The translations under genes were made by a program, and so were the position numbers. Below the pieces are notes generated by a model, which was given only the letters and a program-made list of their open reading frames with translations, ran no database searches and was not told where the DNA came from. From Actinomycetota bacterium (GTDB taxonomy: Bacteria; Actinomycetota; Actinomycetes; S36-B12), in NCBI GenBank assembly GCA_027729805.1, contig JAQCEO010000001.1:10621-74620 (forward strand): 64,000 bases of DNA, given 5' to 3'. Shown piece by piece: positions 36,357 through 47,069 of the stretch. Numbering within the stretch: position 1 is the stretch's first letter; each line of letters starts with the position of its first letter.

Positions 36357-38087
36357 TTAATTCGGATAGACCGGTGCGCTACCGCTGGTGCGTTTACGCC
36401 AAGTGGCGCCGACATATTCATAAATCCAGCCATCGGCGGTACCCACCAGTGTCGGCAAACCAGGTGCTGCGGCCACCATGACCGGTGCTTCCGGCGCCCC
36501 AAGGCCGATAACCGACCCCCTAGCCAGATTTAGGTTGAATACCTGCAAAGACTGCGCGCCGTCACTGCCTAGCACCATCAACGAGTTTGCTCCGGACCAA
36601 CTGACGCTGATCACTTCCGTTAACCGCGTTTCGACCCTGATCGGATCAGTTATCGCCATCGGCACACTCGCGGAAGCTCTCGCTATCACCCCTAGGTAAA
36701 GCGAGGTGCGCGCCCCGCGCTGCACAATCAACGCGCACCGGGTGCCATCACGTGATGGCACGGCGGCGACTAAAACCGAATCTGCTGGGAGTCCAGTGAG
36801 CTCAACTGCGGTCGGTCGCCCAATACCGTCGACCCGGGTCAGCCCGGTCAGCGCATTGACAACCCAGATATTTCCGTCGGCGTCAAAGATCGGGGCCGAT
36901 AGCGCCTCACCGCGTTTTAACGCAACCAGCGGTGCATCCGCCGCGATCGCACCACGCCACAAGGTGCCGTCAGCATCGATGCCACCGATTGCATTGGACA
37001 ATAAATCAATAGAAAAAGTTACGAACGCTACTTCGCCCCTACCCGCCGCGCCCGGTACCGGGCGATCAGTATCAGTAGCCAGTCGAGTGACCGACTGGCT
37101 TCGGGTCACATAGCCGGAATAATCGGCCGGCAGGGCGTCTGGATCCACCGCCGGCCACGCATCAACCGGTTGCGGTGAATCAACACCGGGCACTACCAGG
37201 GGCTGCCCACCCGCGGTGATCTTGACCGAGGTGACATCAGGTAACTGCCCTAGGGTCCAAACAAGTTGCTGCGACATCGCTTTGCGCGTTAAGTCATCGG
37301 ACAATAGCGCGGAGGATTTTAGGTCAACCTGGGCCACCCCGGCTTCGATTGGTACCGCTTCGATATTGAGCCCCACCCCGTCCGGGAACCCGGTACGAAC
37401 CGCCGGCGCTAGCCATTCACTTGGACCGTCGAGGAGATAGCGCACCAAAGTGGTGCCCTGCCCCGGGCCAATGACTGGGATCATCCGCGCATCGGGAACC
37501 AAGGCCGAAAATCTCGGGTTGAAGAAATAGGCGGCCAGCGATCGATACGCGCGGTCAACATCAGAGGCCGAGAGCAATAGGCCCTGCGGAAGTCGGTCGA
37601 TACGCCACTGCGTGCCGTCTCGAACTAACTGGAAGTCACCGCGGAGTTCTTGGCCCGGTACCGAAACTGCGTATCTACCGATCTCGTCGATGCGGCCAGC
37701 CTGATTCGCGGTCAGTGTCACCGAATTGTCGTTGGAAGTTACCACCGCTGCACCGTCATAAACTAAAACCTGCAAACTAGGTAGCCAACGGGTGTTTGCG
37801 ACCTCAGTTAAGTACTCCCGTGCGACCGCATGGTCACCATCAAATGAGGCGGATGCATCGAGAAACCCTTGCACGATCTGGGTTGGCGTCATGCCATCTC
37901 GTGGGCCGCGCGCAATGACCCGGATGAACTGGTCCTTGGGGCCTAAGTTCACCTGTGCACCCTGCTCGATGGGTCCGGTGGTCGGCACCTGGGCGGTCAA
38001 AGACGGCGGTAAGGCACCACACCCGGTTAGCAACAGTGCTCCGGTTAGCAACGGTGCTCCGGTTAGCAACAGTGCGAGAACCCGCAT
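36357..38087 (-). CDS. lpqB: Lipoprotein LpqB (MtrAB-associated)
   Basis: Signal peptide with lipobox LLTGC. ATGA overlap with the mtrB stop. The conserved mtrA-mtrB-lpqB order is present. Confidence 0.85.
   Translation of the reverse strand: MRVLALLLTGAPLLTGALLLTGCGALPPSLTAQVPTTGPIEQGAQVNLGPKDQFIRVIARGPRDGMTPTQIVQGFLDASASFDGDHAVAREYLTEVANTRWLPSLQVLVYDGAAVVTSNDNSVTLTANQAGRIDEIGRYAVSVPGQELRGDFQLVRDGTQWRIDRLPQGLLLSASDVDRAYRSLAAYFFNPRFSALVPDARMIPVIGPGQGTTLVRYLLDGPSEWLAPAVRTGFPDGVGLNIEAVPIEAGVAQVDLKSSALLSDDLTRKAMSQQLVWTLGQLPDVTSVKITAGGQPLVVPGVDSPQPVDAWPAVDPDALPADYSGYVTRSQSVTRLATDTDRPVPGAAGRGEVAFVTFSIDLLSNAIGGIDADGTLWRGAIAADAPLVALKRGEALSAPIFDADGNIWVVNALTGLTRVDGIGRPTAVELTGLPADSVLVAAVPSRDGTRCALIVQRGARTSLYLGVIARASASVPMAITDPIRVETRLTEVISVSWSGANSLMVLGSDGAQSLQVFNLNLARGSVIGLGAPEAPVMVAAAPGLPTLVGTADGWIYEYVGATWRKRTSGSAPVYPN
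38023..38076. repeat. 18-bp in-frame tandem repeat x3 inside the LpqB signal peptide
   Basis: ccggttagcaacagtgct / ccggttagcaacggtgct / ccggttagcaacagtgcg. On the coding strand these encode (A)LLLTG-APLLTG-ALLLTG-C. Confidence 0.95.
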
Positions 38088-39715
38088 CAGCGCACCTCAA
38101 CATTTTCGGTGGCAGTGGCCGTTGCTGGCGTCGAATCATCTGGAAACAACTCCAGCGGGGAAGCGGGAAATGTCCCGCGCACCGCAAGTGGCAACGTCAA
38201 CCGGAAACAAGCACCAAGTCGCGGTTCGCCCCAAGCCTCAAGCCAGCCACCATGCAGCCGAGCATCCTCAAGTGCGATCGCCAAGCCCAACCCCGACCCA
38301 CCGGTGGTTCGCGCCCTGGCTGGATCCGCACGCCAAAATCGGTTGAAAACCAAGGATGACTCCCCCGGCCGCAAACCAACTCCGTAGTCGCGCACCGTGA
38401 CAGCCGCCGCATCTTCACTAAAGCCGAGGTTCACATCGACACCGCGTTCATTGCCATGCTCGATGGCATTACCCACTAGGTTTCTGATCACCCGATCAAT
38501 GCGTCGCGAGTCTGCATAGATCAGTCTTGGCTCATTACTTGAGTGCAGGCGAAGTGGCACACCGCTTCGTTCGGCGAGTGGGGTGGCACCGTCAATAACT
38601 CGCTCGACCAAGGCGTAAAGGTCAAATGGATCGGCTTCTAGTGCTGCGGCGCCGGCATCAAAACGCGAGATTTCAAGTAGGTCAGCTAAAAGGGACTCGA
38701 ACCGGTCCAATTGGGCTTGGAGTAACTCAGCCGCCCGTGCGGTAGGCCCATCAAAGGACGCGCGCTCTTCGAACATCACATCCGCGGCCATCCGAATCGT
38801 GGTTAGTGGAGTGCGCAGTTCATGGGAAACATCGGAGACGAATCGGCGTTGGACGCGCGAAAGACCTTCCAGCTGTTTGATCTGCCGAGCAATGCTCGCC
38901 GCCATGTCATTAAAAGCCCCTGCTAGTCGAGCCAGATCATCCTCACCCTTGACTTTTATCCGCTCGGATAAGTACCCGTCGGCGAAGCGAAGGGCGGTGC
39001 GAGCCGCAGCGCGTACCGGTACCACAACCTGGCGCGTGATAAGACCGGCCACCAAGGCCAATAGCCCGACCAGTAAAAGTCCGGTGAGGACAACCGCTCC
39101 TCGCACGAGATCTAATGTCTGTTGCTCCTGAGTCAGCGGGAATAGGTAGTACAACTCGTAAGCGCCCACCGTTGGAATAACAAGTGGGCCACCTACCACC
39201 AGTCCCGGTGCCGACCCGCCGTCAAGTGACTTGATATCGGTATAAGTCCAAGATTGTCTCTTCGAATCGGTCACGGCCGCACGCAGTTCGGTGGGCACAC
39301 TGGCCACCGAAACCAGGTTCGTGCCGCGCTCGGGCGCATCTGGTAATTGCCCGGACGAGAGCAGGAGCACATCAAATTGCCCGGGTGAACCCGCACGAGC
39401 CGCCAGTGTTGTCACCACCGAGTCCACTAGGCGGGCCGCCGATGGTGTCGTCGCCCCGGTATCGGCAGCGTCCATCACCCGTTGCGCTTCGACCAGGCCG
39501 ACCGCGGCCTCCCCGACCGATGCCCGATCCTTGGCATCCAGCAGGCCGCTGGTGACCCGAGATAGCAACGAGAATCCAAGTGCTGCCATGACGATGGTCG
39601 ACAAGACCAAAGTGGTCGCCGTAACCCGAAGCAGCAACGACCGCCGCCAGATGCGTAAGACCCACCGCGGGCCGGCAAGGAGTAAGTCAAGACTCCCGGT
39701 CAAGAACTGGTTCAT
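38087..39715 (-). CDS. mtrB: Sensor histidine kinase MtrB
   Basis: HAMP region, H-box SHELRTPLT, and ATPase GSGLGLAI. I prefer the ATG at 39715 (MNQFLTG), because the longer ORF would overlap mtrA by ~100 nt. Confidence 0.9.
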   Translation of the reverse strand: MNQFLTGSLDLLLAGPRWVLRIWRRSLLLRVTATTLVLSTIVMAALGFSLLSRVTSGLLDAKDRASVGEAAVGLVEAQRVMDAADTGATTPSAARLVDSVVTTLAARAGSPGQFDVLLLSSGQLPDAPERGTNLVSVASVPTELRAAVTDSKRQSWTYTDIKSLDGGSAPGLVVGGPLVIPTVGAYELYYLFPLTQEQQTLDLVRGAVVLTGLLLVGLLALVAGLITRQVVVPVRAAARTALRFADGYLSERIKVKGEDDLARLAGAFNDMAASIARQIKQLEGLSRVQRRFVSDVSHELRTPLTTIRMAADVMFEERASFDGPTARAAELLQAQLDRFESLLADLLEISRFDAGAAALEADPFDLYALVERVIDGATPLAERSGVPLRLHSSNEPRLIYADSRRIDRVIRNLVGNAIEHGNERGVDVNLGFSEDAAAVTVRDYGVGLRPGESSLVFNRFWRADPARARTTGGSGLGLAIALEDARLHGGWLEAWGEPRLGACFRLTLPLAVRGTFPASPLELFPDDSTPATATATENVEVR

Positions 39716-39761
39716 AGCTTTGGGCCGATGGCGGGGCGCGGTAGTGGTGACCGGCAACCGG

Positions 39762-40469
39762 CTAAACCGTGCCGGCCTTATAGCCGACGCCTCTAACCGT
39801 AAGGACAATGGTCGGATCTTCTGGATCCTGCTCAATCTTCGCGCGTAAGCGCTGCACGTGGACATTTACCAACCGGGTGTCGGCCGCGTGACGGTACCCC
39901 CAGACCTCCTTAAGCAGTACCTCGCGGGTGAAGACCTGCCCGGGCCGCCGGGCCAAGCAAACGAGCAGATCGAACTCCAGCGGGGTTAACGCCAGCGCTT
40001 TTCCTTCACGGGTTACCTGGTGGCCGCTGACATCAATGGTCAAATCGCACATCGCCAAGGTACCTAGCGGCGCATCTTCGTTGCGACGAATGCGCGCACG
40101 AATGCGAGCCACCAACTCCTTTGGCTTAAATGGCTTGACGATGTAGTCATCGGCACCGGACTCCAAACCCACCACCACATCGACGGTGTCGGTCTTCGCG
40201 GTGAGCATCACAATTGGAACACCGGATTCGGAGCGAATTTCGCGACACACCTCTACACCATCACGTCCCGGCAGCATCAGATCTAATAGGACGACATCGG
40301 GCTTGGTGGCTCGAAAGACAGTTAGTGCTTGTGAACCGTCGCCGCAAAAGACCGGATCGAAACCTTCACCGCGTAGAACGATGCCCAGCATCTCCGATAA
40401 GGCCTGATCGTCGTCGACCACTAGGACTCGGCTACGGGCCGTCGAGGACTCGCCGCGTTGGGTGTTCAT
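39762..40469 (-). CDS. mtrA: OmpR-family response regulator MtrA
   Basis: Receiver domain VLVVDDD...DLMLPG plus a winged-helix C-terminus (VRGVGYK). Confidence 0.95.
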   Translation of the reverse strand: MNTQRGESSTARSRVLVVDDDQALSEMLGIVLRGEGFDPVFCGDGSQALTVFRATKPDVVLLDLMLPGRDGVEVCREIRSESGVPIVMLTAKTDTVDVVVGLESGADDYIVKPFKPKELVARIRARIRRNEDAPLGTLAMCDLTIDVSGHQVTREGKALALTPLEFDLLVCLARRPGQVFTREVLLKEVWGYRHAADTRLVNVHVQRLRAKIEQDPEDPTIVLTVRGVGYKAGTV

Positions 40470-40473
40470 GCCC

Positions 40474-41181
40474 CTATGGTGCCACCCCTGGCAAACCCAT
40501 GATGATAAATACCGCAGCCGGGGCGTTAACTACCCCGTGGGCCACCATCGCGGCACCCAAGGAGTCGGTGCGCCACCGCACGATCCCAAGGACAATGCCA
40601 ATACCTAGGAGCACCCCGATTCGGGTCGGTTCGAGGTGAAATAGGGCAAATGCCACGGCTGTGCTGCCCACGGCGAGCACCGTCCCGACCCCACGCCGCC
40701 TAAGCGCGGCATAGAACAGCCCCCGAAATGCCAGTTCCTCGGCTATCGGGGCCCCGACTACCACCATCAGGCCGAAAGCAAGTAGCAGCCAGCCATTACC
40801 CAAAGCCGCCAACTCGGCCCCGACTTCCCCGGCCAGCGAGGTGAAATCCCCGAAGATTGCGGCCGTGATTGCCGCTGTGACCACCGAGATGAGCAGGGCG
40901 GCGGCCCCGCCGACCACCCCCCAACCCGCATCGCGCCAAGTCAACCGCAACCTTAGGTCAATTCGCGGGCCATTACCTCGGACCGTCGTGCTGAAAAGCG
41001 GCCACCCGGCCAAGGCAATCCAAGGCACGAAACCACCGATCAGGATTTGCCACGCGAGTGGAGCCGACAGCGCCGCCAAGACCATCGCCGACGCAGCCGC
41101 CAATACGAAGTAACCCACCAAGGTAATAAGAACATCCCACAAACCCCAACGCGGGTGCGCCACGTTGGGGTTCACTAACAT
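40474..41181 (-). CDS. CPBP (CAAX) family intramembrane metalloprotease
   Basis: EELAFRG and FALFH motifs in a multi-pass membrane protein. Confidence 0.8.
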   Translation of the reverse strand: MLVNPNVAHPRWGLWDVLITLVGYFVLAAASAMVLAALSAPLAWQILIGGFVPWIALAGWPLFSTTVRGNGPRIDLRLRLTWRDAGWGVVGGAAALLISVVTAAITAAIFGDFTSLAGEVGAELAALGNGWLLLAFGLMVVVGAPIAEELAFRGLFYAALRRRGVGTVLAVGSTAVAFALFHLEPTRIGVLLGIGIVLGIVRWRTDSLGAAMVAHGVVNAPAAVFIIMGLPGVAP

Positions 41182-41257
41182 GTGGACACGTTAGCGCGGG
41201 TGTGTTGCGCAGGCTCCTTCGCCCAAAAAGTGCTACCAACCAGCAGTTGGTCTCTAG

Positions 41258-42715
<1,458 letters not shown>

Positions 42716-42866
42716 TTCGGGACTCCTCGTAGGCGTTAGTGGCGCGAACGGCACGAGGCTTCGTTGGTTCGCCAGTTAAGGAAGGCCGCGACGGGAACCA
42801 GGGCTCCGGACCATGGCGACCACCCTAGTGTGCCAGATCAGCCAAATAAGGCAAGTTCAACCCGCC

Positions 42867-43784
42867 TTACAACTGCCCGCGATTTAGATCGGGCTCAATG
42901 AATACATACCGAGCCGACGGCACCGCGGCCCGCAGCGCCCGCTCGGCCTCATCGATACCAGCGGCTATCCCGGCGGCGGTTTCACTACCCCTTATCGCGA
43001 TCTTGGCGGCCACCAGTAACTCATCTGGGCCTACGTGCATGGTGCGCAGATGGATAACCCGCTCGACCAGAGCCGTCGCCACCAGCGCCGCCCGAATAGC
43101 TTCGACTTCCTCGGGCAGGGCACCTTCACCTACCAGCATCGTGGTCATTTCCATCGCCAAGAAAATAGCGATGACGACCAGCAAGGTGCCAACCGCCATG
43201 GCGCCAACCGCATCCCAGCGACCATCGCCGGTTATCACCGCCATCCCCACTCCGAGCAGGGCGAAAACCAGGCCGAGGAGTGCACCCAAGTCTTCAAGTA
43301 AAATGACGGGCAATTCCGGCTGCCTAGAGTCCCTGACGAAACGTGCCAGGGACTTCTTACCGCGTGACTTATTCGTCTCCCTAAGTGCCGTCCGGAACGA
43401 GAATGTCTCAAGCACGATCGCAACCACCAAGACCAGAACCGCGATCCACCAGTCACTAAGTGGCTCAGGGCGCTGCCACTTGTGCAGGCCTTCATAAAGT
43501 GAGAAAAGACCCCCGACTAGGAAAAGCACGATCGCGACAACGAATCCGTAGACATATCGCCGGCGTCCATACCCAAATGGATGCTTCTCATCGGCGGGCT
43601 TTCGTGAACGCTTGTTGCCGACCAAAAGCAGCACTTGATTACTCGCGTCGGCAACCGAATGGATGGCTTCTGAGAGCATCGAGGAGGATCCGGTGAAAAA
43701 GAAAGCAATGAATTTGCTAATGGCAATTCCGGTATTCGCAAGCAAGGCGGCAATAACAGCCTTCATTCCACCTTCGGTACTCAT
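42867..43784 (-). CDS. Cation diffusion facilitator (CDF) family metal efflux transporter
   Basis: Six TM segments, the HSVADASNQ motif in TM2, and a C-terminal cytoplasmic domain. Confidence 0.8.
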   Translation of the reverse strand: MSTEGGMKAVIAALLANTGIAISKFIAFFFTGSSSMLSEAIHSVADASNQVLLLVGNKRSRKPADEKHPFGYGRRRYVYGFVVAIVLFLVGGLFSLYEGLHKWQRPEPLSDWWIAVLVLVVAIVLETFSFRTALRETNKSRGKKSLARFVRDSRQPELPVILLEDLGALLGLVFALLGVGMAVITGDGRWDAVGAMAVGTLLVVIAIFLAMEMTTMLVGEGALPEEVEAIRAALVATALVERVIHLRTMHVGPDELLVAAKIAIRGSETAAGIAAGIDEAERALRAAVPSARYVFIEPDLNRGQL

Positions 43785-43795
43785 CTAGTTTTCAC

Positions 43796-44878
43796 CTAAC
43801 GTTCGGTGGATTGGATAATTGCAACCAGACCATCGGCCTCGACATATGCATCCGGGTCATTCGCGGCCATAACAGCCGCGGTACCCCGGCGCAAACTTAT
43901 CTCAGCCGCATCAGAAACCACGCGGGCGGTGCCTTTGATCAGTAGCAAGATCCGGTACGCACCCATCGGAATGCGCTCCTCGCCTTCGGTGAGCATGCGC
44001 ACCACGAACGGTGAGTTAACGGGCCAAAGAATGTCTCCGTGTACCGCTCGCACTATCTGTGGGTCGAGATCTGGGCGAAGGGCTGCAATGGCTCGATCGG
44101 CAAAAACCGGCTTACGAGTTAGCCCTAGGCGAATCACATTGTCACTTGACGTCATCACCTCAAGGCCGATGCCGCGGATATAGCTATGGGGTACACCAGC
44201 CGGTACATAGATGGCTTCGCCGGCGCAAAGGCTCACGTAATCAAGCAACACGGTGACCAGTGCGCCTTGATCATCCGGGTAATTCTCGGCAACCGTTCGG
44301 TAGGCCGCGATCTGATCCGGTGCTAAGCCTGCCGTACTTGCGGCTACTGCAAGTAAGGCAATGCGCTCGTTCGTGCCAATTGCCAGTAGCGCGCCAACCG
44401 CACCCCCTAGATCATCGGCCACAAGGCGCCTAGCCGCTTCTTGGGCGCCACCTAATGCAGCGAGCATCGACAGCACCTGCTCACGATCGCGCCAACCGGC
44501 GAATGCCTCAAATGGTCCAAGGGCCACCAGCATTTCGGTTTTCTCAAATGGATCACTTAGTACCAACGGTGCCCCGGGAGTTTGCTGGGCCGCCCAACCG
44601 GCTGCGGCAACCGAAAGTTGCGGATGCACCTGCACACTTAGGGGGCGCGCTGCGGCTAGTAGTTTCACCAGGAGTGGAATCGCCGCGATATCGAATCTGT
44701 CGGCTAATACCTCACCGGTTTCGTCGCCCTCGGCATCAACAAGTGGTGATGGGCCACCAGGGTGCACGCCGAACCATAATTCGGCCTGGGTGCCACCTGG
44801 GTGTTCACCGGCCCATGGGGCCAAGCCATCGGTGATGCCCCAGTCATAGTTTTTAACGGCGCCCCGGACAACGAGCAT
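43796..44878 (-). CDS. manA: Mannose-6-phosphate isomerase, class I
   Basis: ELWFGVHP, SVQVHP and YVPAGVPHSY metal-site motifs. Confidence 0.8.
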   Translation of the reverse strand: MLVVRGAVKNYDWGITDGLAPWAGEHPGGTQAELWFGVHPGGPSPLVDAEGDETGEVLADRFDIAAIPLLVKLLAAARPLSVQVHPQLSVAAAGWAAQQTPGAPLVLSDPFEKTEMLVALGPFEAFAGWRDREQVLSMLAALGGAQEAARRLVADDLGGAVGALLAIGTNERIALLAVAASTAGLAPDQIAAYRTVAENYPDDQGALVTVLLDYVSLCAGEAIYVPAGVPHSYIRGIGLEVMTSSDNVIRLGLTRKPVFADRAIAALRPDLDPQIVRAVHGDILWPVNSPFVVRMLTEGEERIPMGAYRILLLIKGTARVVSDAAEISLRRGTAAVMAANDPDAYVEADGLVAIIQSTER

Positions 44879-44880
44879 GT

Positions 44881-45066
44881 TCAGTCCTTATCCGTGCGCT
44901 CTGGCAACATGATCGGGATCCCATCTAACACCGCAAAGCGGGCATCGCATTTGGTGCACGCAATTTGGCCGGTGGCCTCATCGGCGGTTACCGGCGCATG
45001 CTGAGGACACGGACAGGCCAGGACCTCCCATAGGGCGGCGTCCAAACCCAACGGTCCGGATTTCAT
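44881..45066 (-). CDS. Trm112-family small zinc-ribbon-like protein
   Basis: 61 aa with LACPCP...CTKC and a C-terminal DGIPIML, typical of Trm112p-like proteins. Confidence 0.65.
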   Translation of the reverse strand: MKSGPLGLDAALWEVLACPCPQHAPVTADEATGQIACTKCDARFAVLDGIPIMLPERTDKD

Positions 45067-46517
45067 GACGCTCCCCCGCGCATGATCGCAAGCACATCAT
45101 CGCGAACCTGCTCCATCACCGCTTTCTCATCTGCTTCCACATTAAGTCTCAATAGCGGTTCGGTATTGCTAGGCCGAACGTTAAACCACCAAGTCGGTGC
45201 GGTAACGGTTAGGCCATCGAGGTCATCGGTTTCCACGCCTGCATTACAGCCATAAGCCGCCCGAATGGCCAAGGTCGCCGCCACCTGATCGGCCACCTCA
45301 GTATTGATCTCACCACTGCACGCATATCTGTCATATGACTTGAGCAGACTTGACATCGTGGTGCCGGCGGGGGTTTCGCCAAGAGCCGCGATTGCATAGA
45401 GGGCGGCGAGCATCCCAGAATCTGCGCGCCAGAAATCCCGGAAGTAGAAATGACCCGAATGCTCACCGCCAAAAACCGCGTTGGTTTCGGCCATGGTGGC
45501 CTTGATGAATGAGTGACCCACACGAGTACGAACCGGGGTACCACCGCACTCAATAACTACTTCAGGTACGGCCTTGGAGGTGATCAGGTTGTGAATTATC
45601 TTGGCGCCAGGGTACTTAGCTAGTTCACGGGCAGCAATCAAAGCGGTCAGAGTTGATGGGTTGACAATCGCGCCTCGCTCGTCAACCACAAAGCAGCGGT
45701 CCGCGTCACCGTCAAATGCCAACCCAAGATCAGCTCCGACCTCGAGCACCCGGCGTTGCAGGTCGACGAGATTGGCCGGATCAATCGGATTAGCTTCGTG
45801 ATTGGGGAAGGAGCCATCAAGCTCAAAGAACAACTCGTCGATGCGCAGCGGCAGCGGCGGCAACCCCGCCGCCGCCCCCAAAACCGCAGGGGCGGTGTAG
45901 CCACCCATGCCGTTACCAGCGTCAATCACCACCCGTAGCGGGCGCACACCAGATACATCAACAAGATTGCGTAGGAAGATTGCGTAGTCGGCGAGTAAAT
46001 CCTGCTGACGCAACTGCCCCATCGGCCCATCAAAGTCGGGCACCTTGTTTTCGACGAGCCGGCGAATATCTCTTAGGCCTGAGTCTTGGCCAACGGGGGC
46101 CGCACCTACGCGACAAAGTTTGATGCCGTTGTATTTTGCGGGGTTGTGACTTGCCGTGAACATGGCACCGGGGATCCCCAATGAACCTGATGCGTAGTAC
46201 AAGCCATCGGTACTTGCCAAACCGATCTCGATGACATCGCAGCCTTGCCCACGCACCCCATCAGCAAATGCCGCCACTAGGTCTGGCCCTGAGGGCCGCA
46301 TATCGTGGCCCACGGCAATCGCTCCGGGACCACCATCGCGTACCGCGGCCCCAATCACTCGCACAAAAGCCGCGCCCACCGCGTGGGCGAGACTCTCATC
46401 AAGTTGCTCGGGATAGACCCCTCTGACGTCATAGGCCTTAATAACCGCGTCGAGATTGTCAGCAGTTCGGGTCATTGAGTCCGAGTTGCTCATGGGCCCA
46501 AGGTTACTCAGGAACAC
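45063..46517 (-). CDS. Phosphomannomutase / phosphoglucomutase (alpha-D-phosphohexomutase)
   Basis: Phosphoserine loop TASHNPAKYNG and Mg site FDGDADR. The true start may be an internal M (about 46475-46493). Confidence 0.9.
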   Translation of the reverse strand: MFLSNLGPMSNSDSMTRTADNLDAVIKAYDVRGVYPEQLDESLAHAVGAAFVRVIGAAVRDGGPGAIAVGHDMRPSGPDLVAAFADGVRGQGCDVIEIGLASTDGLYYASGSLGIPGAMFTASHNPAKYNGIKLCRVGAAPVGQDSGLRDIRRLVENKVPDFDGPMGQLRQQDLLADYAIFLRNLVDVSGVRPLRVVIDAGNGMGGYTAPAVLGAAAGLPPLPLRIDELFFELDGSFPNHEANPIDPANLVDLQRRVLEVGADLGLAFDGDADRCFVVDERGAIVNPSTLTALIAARELAKYPGAKIIHNLITSKAVPEVVIECGGTPVRTRVGHSFIKATMAETNAVFGGEHSGHFYFRDFWRADSGMLAALYAIAALGETPAGTTMSSLLKSYDRYACSGEINTEVADQVAATLAIRAAYGCNAGVETDDLDGLTVTAPTWWFNVRPSNTEPLLRLNVEADEKAVMEQVRDDVLAIMRGGAS

Positions 46518-46552
46518 CGGCTGCCTAAGTGCAGCCCTTGGCCCTACCGCTG

Positions 46553-46966
46553 CTACCTAGGCTCGTAATCCTCATCAAATAGCTGATCGGTTGGTACTTC
46601 CGCTGGCTCAACACTTGTCAACATCCGCAGGTGCCCGCGTCGGGCCACCTCAACCGACCCGGCCGGCAGCAACGGCTCGGCCCCAGGCTCATACCTTGGT
46701 CGCGCAGCTTCGCGGACGGCATCAGCCAAGGCCTCAAGATCATCAGCAGTCGGCTTAAGGGCATCAGGGTCCGGGGTGATCCTGACAATCTCCCAACCGA
46801 TCGGTGCCGTCATTCGCTCACTGTGCATTTGGCATAGGTCATAGCAATGCGGTTCGGCATAAGTTGCCAGCGGTCCGAGTACGGCGGTTGAGTCGGCATA
46901 CACGTAGGTAAGGGTCGAGGACGCGGCGCCATTGCATGATGGCTTAGAACAGCGGCGGCGGCTCAC
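46553..46966 (-). CDS. DUF3499-like conserved actinobacterial protein
   Basis: N-terminal CSKPSCN...LTYVYADSTAVLGPL...HCYDLC pattern recalled from DUF3499. Conserved position next to the phosphomannomutase gene. Confidence 0.6.
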   Translation of the reverse strand: MSRRRCSKPSCNGAASSTLTYVYADSTAVLGPLATYAEPHCYDLCQMHSERMTAPIGWEIVRITPDPDALKPTADDLEALADAVREAARPRYEPGAEPLLPAGSVEVARRGHLRMLTSVEPAEVPTDQLFDEDYEPR

Positions 46967-47069
46967 GACGGCAACGTAGCCCGGTCAGTGGTCGGTTTTC
47001 GCGCGGCGCGCCGTACCAACGCCGACCAAACCACTTAGTGCCAATCTCCTGAGACCAGCTACCCGCGGA

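Noticed and set aside
39716-39865. N-terminal extensions in ORF-track models (mtrB to 39865, moeZ to 20768, whiB to 52753, ahcY to 42754, otsA to 18892, comF-like from 35522)
   Set aside because: The extensions overlap neighbouring genes or add non-conserved Arg/Pro-rich sequence. Internal ATG starts give products of canonical length, some preceded by clear RBSs.
42716-42866. About 150-nt leader upstream of ahcY as a possible SAH or SAM riboswitch
   Set aside because: Some local pairing is possible (for example ggtcgcc / ggcgaacc). However, I could not recognise the conserved SAH-riboswitch or SAM-IV core sequences by eye, and an Infernal/Rfam scan would be needed to settle it.
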